NCBI GenBank assembly: GCA_001179505.1
Contig: CDMY01001040.1
Location: 124,001 to 188,000, forward strand
Origin: Vitrella brassicaformis CCMP3155
Taxonomy: Eukaryota > Protista > Chromerida
Length of the DNA stretch: 64,000 bases
Reading direction: 5' to 3'
Shown piece by piece: positions 12,433 through 25,431 of this stretch (positions are counted from its first letter, which is position 1; every line of letters starts with the position of its first letter). A program made the translations under genes and the position numbers. The notes under the pieces were generated by a model. The model ran no database searches, was not told the DNA's origin, and saw only the letters and a program-made list of their open reading frames with translations.

Positions 12433-12609
12433 GAGGCGAGGACGATGAAAGATCCCCGCGGCATCCTTCGTTTTCAGGAGGGCTCTAAGCTCGCAAAACT
12501 CGCAGCGTTTCGGAACGAAGGGATCTTAGATGATGATGAGTCAGATTCGTCAGCCTCTTTAAGCCAAACAGATGACCGCCCGCTGACGACTCGCCGCGAC
12601 TCGCCGTCG

Positions 12610-13559
12610 ATGAGTCCACTGCACAGCATGATCATGCTCGTGCTCCCTCTGGCTGCCCTGTCCCTCGTCAGCCAGCCAGCCCTCTGCAGAACCCATTATC
12701 TATCGCGCGGAGATCCGGCAGCATTCATCTCGGGCCTGCCAACTCTGTCAAGACCACGATGGCGACCGTCCGCAGCAAGACGAATCGCACAGCCCTCTCG
12801 CTCTGTGCTGCCTCTGAGTGCTGCTGCAGCTGTTCAGAGTGCCGCTCTGAAGGAGCAGAACCGGGTGGGCATACCCAGGCCTGGAGTGCTGAAGGAGCTG
12901 ATATACTGGAACGGCCGCCGGATTGTTCTGGGCTTCCTGTTTGCGTTCGTGGGGAGCGTGGTCACCTGCAGTCTCCCGCTGGCCTTCACCAACGTGCTGA
13001 ATGTGCTGCTGACACCGGCGCCCCTCCAGGAGTTCACGAAGGCGTGCGCTATTCGTGAGGCAGGACATAGAATGCAGCTCGACTCACCCTCATCGATACG
13101 TGTGTGTGTTGTTGTTGTTGTTGTCGTTGTGTGCATACCAGTTGGGTCGCTATACGTGTTGGAGCCCATCTGCACCCTGCTCTACGTCCGGCAGGCGACT
13201 CGTGTGGTGCAGGCTTACTTGAATGTTCTCAAGGCGACGGCATTCCAGTCCGTCGTCTCTCGAAACATAGAGTTCTTCGACCGCGAAGGCCCCAGCAACG
13301 TGGCCAATCTCCTGACCACGTCCTTCGGCAGAGTGAGAGACTGCCTCCTGGCCAACATCGACAGACAGCGGGGCGTTCGTGCGCTGCTCGACTGCGTCAT
13401 CGCGCTGTCGATTCTCATCAGCACGGCGCCGCAGCTCGCCTGGCTGTTCGGTTTGGTCATACCCATCATGGCTTTTACGGTCAACAGAGTCAGCGCCACG
13501 TATCAGCGCACAATACGCGAGGAGTCGACCGCTCTCACTGCAGAGGTACGCAGCACACA

Positions 13560-13594
<35 letters not shown>

Positions 13595-13970
13595 TCAGCA
13601 GCTCACCACGTGTTAATATGTTATGCTTCAGGCGTCTGCAGGAGGTGAGATCCTTCGGAACATTCGAGAGGTTCGTTCGTTCGGGACCGAGCAGAAGGAG
13701 AACGACCGGTATGGGCGATTCGTCGCGAGGTCAGGGGCTTTCGCGAGACGTGTGGGTATGGCGAGGGGCCGAGTGGAGGCCGTCACGCGGGCCGCCATCT
13801 ACTCCACACTGCTCTCATTGGCCATTGTCGGAGGCACTATGGTCCGGCGCGGGACCCTTGTGCCGACGACGCTCGTGTCGTTCATCGGCTTTTCCTTCAC
13901 ACTTAACTTCGCTTTTCAAGGCCTTCTCAACTCCCTGGAGGACGTTCGGGTCAGCGGGGATCATCTAGAG

Positions 13971-14014
<44 letters not shown>

Positions 14015-15410
14015 TCTGAATCGGCTGCATGTGTGTGTGCGTGTGTGTGTGCGTGTGTGTGTGTGTCTTTATCTTTGTTTGCAGGGGGCCCGTGCCGCCC
14101 TTCAGACGCTGTGGGATACTATAGGCTTGCCTGAGAAGGACGACGTGCTCGACGTCAATGTGACAGACTCAGTGTTCCACCACCAAGGCGACACCCCCCT
14201 CACCAAGGCGCAGCAGCGGGGCCAGGACCTCATCAGGCCATCCAACACGACAATGGCAGCCCCGAGCGCCCGCCGGAGGACGCACACCTTCCCTGGCGGC
14301 ACCGAAGAGCTCCAGGGACGCATCCGCTTTGACAATGTTGGCTTCGCCTACTCTTCTCGGCCGGACTCACCTGTTCTGCGGAACCTGTCTCTCTCACTGC
14401 CACCGGGGAAGGTCACCGCCATTGTGGGTCCATCGGGGGGCGGCAAGTCGACCATCGCCAGCCTCTTGTCTCGCTTCTATCGGCCGCAGAGCGGCAGTGT
14501 GCTTCTCGACGGGGTGGACATCAGCACGCTGCCGCGAGACTGGTACGTGGAGGAGGTGGCTATTGTCGGCCAGACCCCGGCACTTTTCAGCGGCACGGTC
14601 GCCGAGAACATAGCCTATGGTGTGGTGGGGCGGGGGCGTGAGGTGACACAGGCCGATATTGAGAAGGCGGCGAAACAGGCAAACTGCCACGACTTCATTA
14701 TGCGGTTCCCCAACAAGTACGAGACGCTAGTTGGGGAGATGGGGAGCACACTGAGCGGCGGACAGCGGCAGCGGATCGCAATCGCACGGTGGGGGGTGCG
14801 AGGGGGGAGTACCGAATACCCACACACGGACAGGATGTGGTTTGCTATGCTCACAGGGCTTTGCTGAAGGACAGCAAGATCTTGATTCTGGACGAGGCGA
14901 CGTCGGCGCTTGATGCAACATCCGAGAGGCTGGTGCAGGAGGCGCTGGACCGATTGGTCAAGGGCCGCACAGTCATGGTCATCGCTCACAGGCTCTCAAC
15001 TGTCCAGAATGCCGATCAGATCTGCGTCGTCAAAGACGGACAGGTGACCTCCCCTCCCAATCACACACACACACACACACACGCCATGGCTCCCTGCCTG
15101 TCTCATCCAGGTGGTTGAGTGTGGCACACACGAGTCCCTGTTAGCAGCCCCCTACGGCCCCGGCGTCTACAGGAAGCTCATGGGGTTCGGCGAGAAGCCT
15201 GTGGTGCCCCTCGCAGCGGCCGAGAAGGAGGAGAAGGAGGCGCCGCCGTCGTCCTTTTTCCTGGACGAGGGCGAGGAGGAGAGCTCGGGGGCTGTGCAGA
15301 AGGAAGGCACGGCGGCAGACGAGGTCGACCATGAGGCACGGTTACTGGAGGTGGCTGAGCAGTTTCACGAGGCGACCAAGACCGAAACCGTGTGCAAGGG
15401 GGAGTACTGA
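12610..15410 (+). CDS. ABCB-type half transporter (TMD-NBD) with bipartite signal+transit leader
   Basis: Walker [10 protein letters not shown], signature [13 protein letters not shown], Walker [14 protein letters not shown]-loop IAHRLST; hydrophobic N-terminus then AFISG and an S/R-rich stretch. Confidence 0.92.
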
Positions 15411-15732
15411 TGGATAGAGAGAGGGAGGGGGAGGGGAGTGAGTGAGTGAGTGAGTGGTGCTCAAGGGAAGGGGCCATTTTGTGACGTAGTGGGTGGTGAC
15501 TTGCTGTGGATGGATGGATGGATGTGTGTGTTGTGTATGAGAATCGGCACGAGAGTGATGCGACGTTTCCATGTAGACTTTGCAGACAGACATGCAAACA
15601 GGAGGTCGTGCAGACGGCTGCCAAGGACCATTGCCGCGTTCAGGCAAACAAGATCCCCACAGACACAGACAGTCCCACCACACACAACACACACACAACT
15701 CACACACACCGCCACCGCCACCGCCGCTCACC

Positions 15733-17356
15733 TCACACCTTCATGTTAATAATCCGGTCTATCGACTGCATGGATGAGAACATATACCCCCCGCCAAATA
15801 AGACGTAGTGATTCAGCAAGTGGTACAAATTGTACACCTCTTTCCTCGTCTGGTGGCCGGGCGGCAGGGGCCATGCCTCATCATAAGCCTTGTAGAACTC
15901 ACCACTTAGCCGCCCGAACAGCTGCGACATAGCGATATCCACTTCCCGATCGCCGTAGTAGGTGGCCGGGTCGAAAATGACGGGTGTGCCGTCCGAGAGA
16001 TACCCAGCGTTGCCCGTCCACAGGTCACCTGTGAGTGCCACACAGACGACACAGCACACCAGTCGGTGAGTCGGGGCAAAATGGATGGATGGATGTGGCT
16101 GTGGGTACCATGGACGAGTGACGGCTGGCAGGTGTGTTTGGAGAGGATGTCTTTCACCTTCGCCCGCAGCTTCCTCTCCTTGTCGCTGTCAATGATGTTG
16201 GCCAGCCGCAGCATGTGACCTAACCGGTGCTCGTCCCAGAAATCTACCCATGTGTCACACCTGCATGAACCAGCAGGGAGAGAAACACGCACTCACACCG
16301 ATTGTGGTCATCCATCGTGTTGGATGAGGCCTGGCCTGGTCCACCCGCCCACCATTGGTTCGGCTGTGGCGTGGCCCCGATTGTGTTGTCCATGTGCCAC
16401 CCAAACTTGGCATTCGGACTCAGAGACCTGGCGATCGAACGATGGTGCTCATTCACACACATCCAAAATGTCCTCTCCTTCTCCTCTTGTGGTCACCTGT
16501 GCATGTTCGCAAGATTGGTGCCCATCCGCCTGGCATTCTCCCCGCCCCCGGAGCGGCCCATGTTGAGCTGCTCGAAGATGACAAACGACCGGCTGCCGCC
16601 GTTCCCAAACGTGCCATAACAGATGGGATCGGGCACCTGATTTGATTGACGCCGGCAGCAGACAGAAGGAGCTGCAGCGTGGTGTGGTGTCCACCTGTAC
16701 GTCTGTGTGTCTGCTGGCTGCGTAGCTGACCTTGATGGTTTTGGTATCCGCCATATCCTTGACACCCTTGTACTCGGCCTCCAGCATCTGCGCCGAAGCA
16801 CCACTGCCTGCACACACACAACCAAACCATGCGAAACGACGATACCTGAACTCTTCGTGTGTCCATTCTGTTACCTGCGCTCTTGTAGAAGTACTTGGTG
16901 CCTGTGCTCTTATCGACAATGATGCCAACGGAGGCACCGCCTCCCCCGCCCCCTCCGCCACTGACCAGCTCCACATCAGCCGTGTGGCCCAGGGCCTGCG
17001 TGAGTGCCTCGGAAAGCGCCTCCTGCAGCAATGTGGCCGTCGATGCCGTCATGCACACGGCAGAGGGGCAGGGGGAGGCCCTCATGGAGGAGAGAGGCAG
17101 GGACCGATGAGGAAGGGGAGATCTTTGATGGGATGATGATGAGATCTGGTAGCAGACACACGCAGGCAGGGTAAGCACTGGTGCCTTGCTGCCTTGCTGA
17201 CTTAATGCTTGCCGTGCGTACAAGATATGCAGAACTCGTCGGCTTTGCTGATGCTGATGCTGCTGCTGCTGATGCTGATGCTGCATTTAGCAGCCCAAAG
17301 CAGACTGTGGCGACGGCGAGAGGGCTCGGCCACGCATACAGCCTTTCCAAGAACAT
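15733..17356 (-). CDS. Fructosamine/ketosamine-3-kinase family protein, likely plastid-targeted
   Basis: FGWHMDNTIGATPQPNQW, PSLVH|GDLWTGN, IFDPATYYGDREVDIAM, YNLYHLLNHYVLFGGGY; leader MFLERLYAWPSPLAVATVCFGLLNAASA..SSAYL|ISSSS. Confidence 0.9.
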
Positions 17357-17500
17357 CAGATCCCCACCACCAAGCTCGCGTTCGAGTTTGTAAACAAAAC
17401 ATGATTAGGCGGCTCCATTGAGTATCTAATGGTGAGCGCAACCCGAGGGACAACAGATCTGCATGGCAATGTCTGCGCTCATCTTTGTGTTCCAGGTTTG

Positions 17501-20500
17501 ATGGCTGATGGAGCCGATCAGCCCGTGCTGCCCCCTTTGCAGTGCGGCTTTGGGCCCACGGCGGCCGATGATGATGGCAGATCTGGGTGGCGAAGTGTAA
17601 AAGAGGTAGTGATGGCAGAACATGCTCACGGAGGGTGTGGCGGGACGGCCCGGCTGTCGTGTCTGCATCGCGAAGGACCTGCAGAGGAGCCTGCCGGGAA
17701 AGAAACCCAAACAGCAGGTGTGCAATCTGGATGGAAGATAGACGAGCAGCTCCATCCCACACAAGATGACATTTTGTTGCTTCAGAGGTTGTAGATCTAC
17801 CGGCGTCTGACCCACCTGCTGCACCGGCAGCGGCACCACAAGCACTGCCTGGGATGCAGGCTGCACCGGCAGCGGCACCACAAGCACCGCCTGGGATGCA
17901 GCAACAGGGTGAGCGGGGCATAGGGCACCTCATGTCATTGGCATCATGTGCCGGTACTTCTTCTCCCGCAGCGGCTGGGGCGTCTAATGGTGCACCGGAC
18001 CATCTGCAGCATGATGAGAGGATGGAGGGAGGGCCCGTGCCGAAGGGCGACGGCGCTGCGGGCGAGGGAGTGGCCGACGCATCTGGTGGCGGGGAGGAGG
18101 GTACTTTGAGCGAGGCCAACAACGCGTTGGCCAACCAGAGGCGGCCCCGCCCCTCACTCCTGGACAAGTGCCGCTCCATTTTCCGCGGCAAATGCGACGC
18201 CTCATCCCGCAGGTACGACAGTGTCTTCGACGGCCTCGCCGATGCGGCCACGTTCGAGGCCAACCCCGACAGTATGTACAAGGATGCCATCACCGTCACT
18301 GTCGCAGTTCCCACCCCCGCCGGCCCTGTGAGAGTGAGGGAGGACGTGTGGCGCTTCGTCGGTGAGGGAGCTGCGGGTGAGTCTAGCGGCTCCCAGCCCG
18401 GCACCTGGTTGGGCTTCAACAGGCTGGGCAAGGCCATCGCGGCAGCAAGGCAGCAGCAGCAGCAGCAGCATCCTGACAGCCGACGGGACAGCGGAGCAGC
18501 CAGCGAGACCCCATCAGCAGCAGCAGCACCGGCATCAGCAGAGCCAGAGCCTCAGGCGCCGGTAACGGAGAATCGTGGCGAGTCGGGCCGCCCCAGCTCC
18601 GTGTACGCGTCAGACGAGAAGATGATCGAAGACCTGAAGACCTACTTGATGCACCGCATCGACCCCGAGAATCGATGGTTCAGCACGGCCATGCGGGGCC
18701 TGAGGCCCGAGCATCTCACGTTCACCAAGCGGGAGTTGGGACCGGGGCAGGTGGGGGCCGTCACGGTGACGATAGGCCCGTATATCGACCCCAAGAAGGC
18801 CGATGGGATGGTGCACATCAATGCCAACGTCTACCGGCGCGAGCACAACTGGAACTTGGGCACCATCGTGACAAAATTACTGCGCGCCCGCGACAATGTG
18901 AGTTAGCGCGAGGGAGGGCTGGGGGGAGAGGGCAATGGGGTGATGAGATGTGTGTGTTGTGTGTGTTGTGTGTGTTGTGTGTGCAGGGTTGGCAGCTGGT
19001 CGGTACCACCGACGACGATAGTAGCAAGGAGTCCCTCGTGGCGCGGCTGACGCCGTCTGACCACCAGCGGCTGAGACCCAGCTACAATGTCAAGTCCTCC
19101 CGCGACCGATCGAATCCACCATCACGCAGCGGCCCTGCCACCCTCACCCCTGCTGAACAGGTACACACAACATACACCGGACTACCGCCCTTCCAAAGCC
19201 ACCCCGCCTTTTTCTGCATATCCAGGAAGCATCTGCTCTGGGCGTCTTCCTCAACAAATGCGACCCGATGTCGCGGACTTACGATGCGGCCTTCCAGGGC
19301 CTTGAGTCCCTCGTTCTTGTCACCCACGACCCCAGCAGTCGCCACCAGCAGGCCGTCGACGTGTCCGTCGGGCCGTTCGACAGCCAGCTCGGTCCCCTTC
19401 GCCTGAGGGGCAAGATGTTTCGCAACCCTTACTGTGGCGGCAGATCCCAGGCCGCCAAGAAGTCCCTCTGGGAGATGGGCAGCGTGACGGTGTTGCTCAG
19501 GCGCCTCAAGGCAGAGGGGGCAGATGCCTGCAGCAGGGACGCCAGGATAGACAGCGAGGGCGAGGTCGTCCTCGACGCCATCGGTGGCGACAGCGCGTCG
19601 GCTGCCGACCGCCGTGAGACTTCCAACGACTCCAGCCAGCTCCTGGCGGACCGCATGGTGGCCAAGAAGGGCAGCGGGTCGGGGCGGGCGAAGAACCATG
19701 AAGGGCCACCAGACGCGATGGATGAAGGATGGTCGGAGAGCTCCTCCCCCTCCCCACCCCCCTCGCCCAAACGCCCGAAGCGGAGGCAGGCCCGGCAGCA
19801 GCAGAGGGGCAAGAGGGCAGCGGATGGGCCACCCGGGGGACAGGCAGTAGTCAAGCGGCAGCTGTGCACCCATGCCGGTACTGTACGTGACAAAGGAATG
19901 GGAATGAACCGCTTCACACCACCGTACGTATCTTTCTGGCCAGGTGTGTCTGGCCCCATAGCTGAGGATGGCGACGCCATGCAGGGCGTGCGACGGCCTC
20001 TGGCACAGCTGAGTCTGCGTGAGGTGGCCGCCATCTTTGCCCGCCACCCGCTAGAAGAGCTGCGCAGCCTCGCACCAACAGTAAAGAAGGTGTGTAGGGA
20101 TATGACGGAGAGGAGAGACATCACCTGTGTGTGCACGTCTCTGCAGCATTTGTTGTCTGGGGACACGCTGGCGCACATCGCCAGTCTGACGACGCTAGAG
20201 CTGAAGACGGCGCTGGAGATACAGGCCTATGGACAGGTGGGGGGCATCATGGATGTGTGTGTGTGTCCAGTTGAGTCGGCGAGACACACTCCGTCGTGCA
20301 TGCGTGTGGATGGCTGCGATGCAGGCTGTGCAGTTGAAGAGGTGGATCGATCAGGCGCTGGCAGATGGGGTGACAACACAGACACACGCATGACAGACAA
20401 GGCAGCGTCATGTTCGCTGGGTGCTTTGGTTGTAGGTGGAGGTGCCCTCTGTGCAGTCGAGCCCCAACGCGACCCCATCTGGCACTGCCAGCGTCACATG

Positions 20501-20501
20501 A
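17501..20501 (+). CDS. Cluster gene 1: three copies of the uncharacterised domain plus C-terminal SAM-like domain
   Basis: Domains at ~18158-18450, 18622-18891, 19226-19510; SAM-like LAQLSLREVAAIF..|HLLSGDTLAHI..|LKRWIDQALADG|VEVP..*; start codon uncertain (17501 or 17854). Confidence 0.75.
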
Positions 20502-21045
20502 GTCATATCGCCAGCCTAGCCTGTCACAGGCTGGCGCACCTAGATAGCAGCGATGAATAGACGGGATACCGAGGGTGGATGCTGTCCATGTGTGTGTGTG
20601 AGGATGGGGGGCCAGTGGATGGGGGGTGGGTGGTGGCAGACCGGGTGACAGCAGGCGACGGCATAGCGATGTATGCGACTGACCAGGAATGAACACAACA
20701 CGGCCTTTCTTCCTTCAACGAACGAACGACTGAACGAACCACAGACGATACCGATAGAGGTACATATGTACACAACACACCATGGCCGGCAGTGAGTCGG
20801 TCCCACCAAACACACAAGCCCGCCCGCTTCACTCGCAGAAAACAGGTCACTCGACTGACTGACTGCACCACTGTTGGTTGAGCCAGGCCAGCGACACCCA
20901 ACACAAACCCTGCCTGCGTGTGTGAACCATACGGTGCGGTGGGCAGCCGACAAAGGACTCAGCTGGTCCTGTCCGCAACACATTCTTCCCTGTCTGTCTG
21001 GTCTTCTCCCTCTCTCACGAGGACAGAAAAAGAAAGAAAGGACTG

Positions 21046-23991
21046 CTACGGCAGCACCGTGCCCACGAACCTCGCACCAGCCGACCACTGCAGCACCACA
21101 CACAGATAGAGCAAGACAAGAGGAAGGACATAAAACACCACACCTGTGTAGACATCTGTGTGTGTGTGAGTGTGTGTGTGTGTGTGTGTTGCCATTTCCC
21201 TCACCTTTGGCACTCGTTTCCGCCTGATGCCGCGCTGGCCCTCCGCTGCCTGGGTGTCCCTCTCGTCCACCACGGGCCTCAATACCCTCTCTCCCTCCTC
21301 CGCCCCGTTACTGAGCAACGGTGCTGAGAGCGGCTTGCCTGGCGGGCTGGTCTCGCCCACATGTTCCACCACAGACGGCGACGCAACACTAACACCCTTG
21401 AACGCACCATCGCCTCCGCCACACACAGGCATCGACAGGTTGCGTCTTGGCGACCCAAAGAAGCGCGTTACCAGCCAGCGCGCAAAGCCCCCCTCTCCTT
21501 GGCTCTTGTCTTCAGCTGCCGGTGGCGAGATGGTTGACATCTCGCTGGGAGGAATGACCGCTGGCGGGGATGGCTCGGCGGTCTCGATGGTGTCGACGGG
21601 CCAGAGGCGGACGACGGCGCTGGATGGGGCGCGGCAGACGGGGCATGTGGCACCACGGTGGAACAGCAGCTGGGCACACGACACACAGCAACCGCCATGT
21701 CCACAGTAAAGAAAAGTCGAGTTGGCAGGCTGCAGAAAGGGGGGACAGAATGAATATATGACCAATGAGTGAGTGAGTGACTGTCATTCACTGGCTGGTT
21801 GCTGCCATACTGTCGGTTGGCTCCCTCCCTCACCCACCTTGTCGCAGCAGATGAAGCACTGTGCTGCCCCCGCTGCCCCCTCCACCTTGTCCACCTCCGA
21901 CACCATGACATCGCTCTCCAGCAGGGGAGACCGCGGGCCCACCAGCTCGCTCGGCGACCCGTCATCCGGCCGCTCAACGTCCCTCTCCACCTCACACACA
22001 GCCACACTCCGCGCAGACGACGGCACGCTGCTCTGGCCACCGCCCCGGCCCCAAGGTGCCAGCCGCGTCATGAGCTCACGCACAAATGACGACGGGGATG
22101 GCCGATGGGAGGCGTCTGGCGCTGGCGGGGGGAGTGGAGTGAGGTCGATTGCGGTATCGGTGTCGCTGTCCGGCGACGGCCCGGTGGTTGCCCGTGGGTG
22201 TTGGGGGCCTTTGTGTCTGCGGAAGAAGGGAGTGGTGGATGGGACGGCGGTGTGGTGTAGCAGGGATGGCGTGAAGTGGTCCTCGGGCTTGGGGGGCCGG
22301 AAGAAGGTCTTGGTGATGGCCACCTGAATGAACCAGACAGACAGACAGACAGACAGACAAGTGGGAAAGGCACATTGTGTTCACCACATCCATCCATGTT
22401 GCAACCCATGCAAGTTTGTATATGTATGTGTGCATCAGACAGCCAAGGGACACGTTGTCATCAAACTATGACGTCAGCGACTCTAGTTCCGTATCGCCAT
22501 TCATCACCATCACACAGTACCGCCATCCCTTTCTGGCCCCTCCCTCCCTCCTCACCAGCGGCACCCGAACATGAGCCTTCAGGCGATCAGCTGTGCCGAC
22601 GGTCTCGTCTGCTCCACTTTGTCTGACGGCAGGGACGTCCCACAGCGACCGGCTGACCACACGCATCGTGGGGTCCTCCTCCTCACTGGTCAGATACGGA
22701 CCTAATCGATCATGACACGAGATGCGCAGACAGACATGTGGTGGGTCACCTGGTGTGTTGCCTTGTGTGTTGGATGGTGGTGGTGGTGGTGGTACTTGCG
22801 ACGATGGTAGCACCCAGGACCACAAAGACACCGAGGATGACGAATGCGAGCCACAGGGGTATGATCCAATCCAGGACAGGCCAGTGATGCTGACATACAT
22901 TACACACAACAGAACAGATCTCAGTAAGTTGCTCGCTTATCCTTGTCTGTCCACCCCGGCTGCTGGTCCACTTACCACATGGCCGATGTAGCTTGTCATG
23001 CCCTTTAAAGCCACGGCGAATAGGCAGCACATGACGACCACTGCGATGCCCCCGATCCTCAGGATATCCTCCCGGTTAAGGAAGAACACCACTATGGCAC
23101 CGGAAATCGCACATATCGCTAGCAAGGCATAGAGCGGCCAGATGGCCGCATCCCACGACCACCCCTCCAGCAGATGGGCGCTCTTCAACGCCACGAAACC
23201 CAAAGTGAGTGTGACCGTCAAATCCATCACATTCAGCCGCACCAGCGACCACATCCGACGGACAACTGCACACCAACACAGACCATTAAGTTCCGCATGA
23301 TATCTCTCTCTCTCTTTGTCTGTGTGTGTGTGTGTTGCCAGTAGGTCCCTACCGATGATGTGGACGGCGAGATGGCCAATGTATGCGATAACGGATGCCA
23401 GTGCTGGCAGCCAGAGGGGCAGGCCGAGGAGGATGTGCAGCAAGATGAGCGTGTTGGTCGTCATGCGAGTCACAAACATCGCCACGTAGAACAGCCGAAG
23501 CCTCAGCTCAGTCGACAACATCCACCTACAAACAAACAGATGACAGACAGACAGACAAGACAAACCACCGGGTGAGGTGAGTGATGCATCCAAGGGACCC
23601 CATCACCTCCATCACCTGCCCAGACACACGCGTCTGTCTATCGCCCACCCACCCACCTGATGTTCTTGAGAACGATAACGAGACCGAGGAGTATGGCAGT
23701 CCCATCGAAGAGCAGCACGGGTGTGAGTGCCCAGGACCATTCCCTCACTTCTGTGCCGGGCTGTCTGCCCTCACGGTCGTCCCAGATGACGAACAGAGAG
23801 CATAACAGCGCCACGCCGAAGAAGGCCACATACTCACAGCAGATGAGCGACGCTGCCACCGGCGTGAGCCGACCCACATAGTCATCGGCGGGAAGAGCCA
23901 CCTGTGCACGCAGAGAGAGATAGAGCATCGATACACACACGGGATGGGATGGCAGTCAGCCGTTCTACTCACTGACCTCTGGAACGAACAT
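21046..23991 (-). CDS. Multi-pass membrane protein (TMEM185-like WSW..P repeats) with C3HC4 RING
   Basis: MFVPE|VALP start; hydrophobic segments with WSWALTPVLLFDG, WSWDAAIWPLY, WIIPLWL; spliced RING CFICCDK|PANSTFLYCGHGGCCVSCAQLLFHRGATCPVCR. Confidence 0.8.
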
Positions 23992-24193
23992 CGCGGAATG
24001 ACAAATGACGTAGTTCTTGCCTGATTTCCCCGACCAACCGGTGCTCCTCTGTCCCAACGCGCTTCCTTCCTTCCTTCCTTCCTTCCTTCACGGCTTTCCT
24101 CGCTCGAGGTCTTTCCTTTTTGAGCTCGCACAGGCGATCGGCAGTTTTCCCCGCCCCTACGGCAAGGAACGCTTGTCTGCGTTCTGTGCAGCA

Positions 24194-24941
24194 ATGCTGT
24201 GGCTAGCCTTATCTTTCATTATCTACGCCTCTTTTGTCGTCCTCAATGCAAGGGCCTTCCGGCTGCTCTCTCCACACCGGCGGCGGAGCATCGATGCCAC
24301 CCACAACCCACCCAGCAGCAAAGGCAGCAATGCAGCCTTCATCTCCCTAATCCCCTCCCGTCCCTCCTTCGCCACCTCGCGCTTCGCCACCTCAACCATG
24401 CCCATATGGCCACCGTCTTTCACGATCTTGTCAGCGGTGGTTTATGCCGCAGACGGCGATGATGAGGATGAGGATGATGACAACGGCAGCCTGACGGTGC
24501 TGCCTCTCACACTCGATCTGAGCGACGCCAGCCAGAAGTCGCTGGAGGAGCGGATGCGGCAGCTGGGCATCGACGAGGCCGACCTGATAGAGAAGTTCAT
24601 CAGGGGCGGCGGCAAGGGCGGCCAGAAGATCAACAAGACGTCCAACTGTGTCATGCTCCAGCACCAGCCCACCGGCGTGGTCATCCGGTGCCAGGCTGAG
24701 AGGTCGCGGACGCGGAATAGGATAGCGGCCAGGCAGCTGCTGCTGGAGAAGCTGGAGGCTCGAATCAAGGACCAACAGAGGAAAGAGGAATACAAACGAC
24801 AAGTAAGTGGCGTGGCGTGCAGTGCACATGTGGGTGGGTTGCTGGGGGGGTGGGAGGGAGGGGTGGTGAGGCATATAATAGAGAACAACCTGACATGCAT
24901 TCAATCGTCTGCCGGCCGGGAGGACACATGTGTGTGCGCAC

Positions 24942-24972
<31 letters not shown>

Positions 24973-25104
24973 GTGTATCAGAAAGAGCTGCGGCGTGCCC
25001 GTCAGCCGACGGAGGGTCAGAAGCGCAAGACCAGGGAGCAGAACATCCGGCGGTCAGAGATAAAGAAGTGGAGGGCCAAGAGCAGGAACCCATCATTCGA
25101 CTGA
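24194..25104 (+). CDS. Class I release-factor-domain protein (GGQ; C12orf65/mtRFR- or ArfB-like rescue factor) with bipartite leader
   Basis: EKFIRGGGKGGQKINKTSNCVMLQHQPTGVVIRCQAERSRTRNR, basic C-terminal tail, no codon-recognition domain; leader MLWLALSFIIYASFVVLNARAFRLL. Confidence 0.9.
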
Positions 25105-25431
25105 CTGACTGACTCACTCACTCACTCACTGACTAGCCGGCTCACTGGGCGCCTCACTGGCGGACGGGGCAAGGGTGGGGACGACGGCTTCGACTGTGAA
25201 TGACAGTCAATGTGAGGCGGCGACACTAACTAAGAGAATGGAACGATGTCACACTGAGCAAGGGAGCGATGTGGTTCGGCGTGAGTGATGGGAACTCTAA
25301 GGCAGAGATCTTTTGTCTGTGAAGAAATGTGACGCTCTGATGCGTGGCGAGTGTCGAGAAGGGATAGGGCACTTTCCGTGAAAGTTGGCGGTCGGGGTGA
25401 GGGAGAACAAACGCCTCGGCCGCCAGCCACC

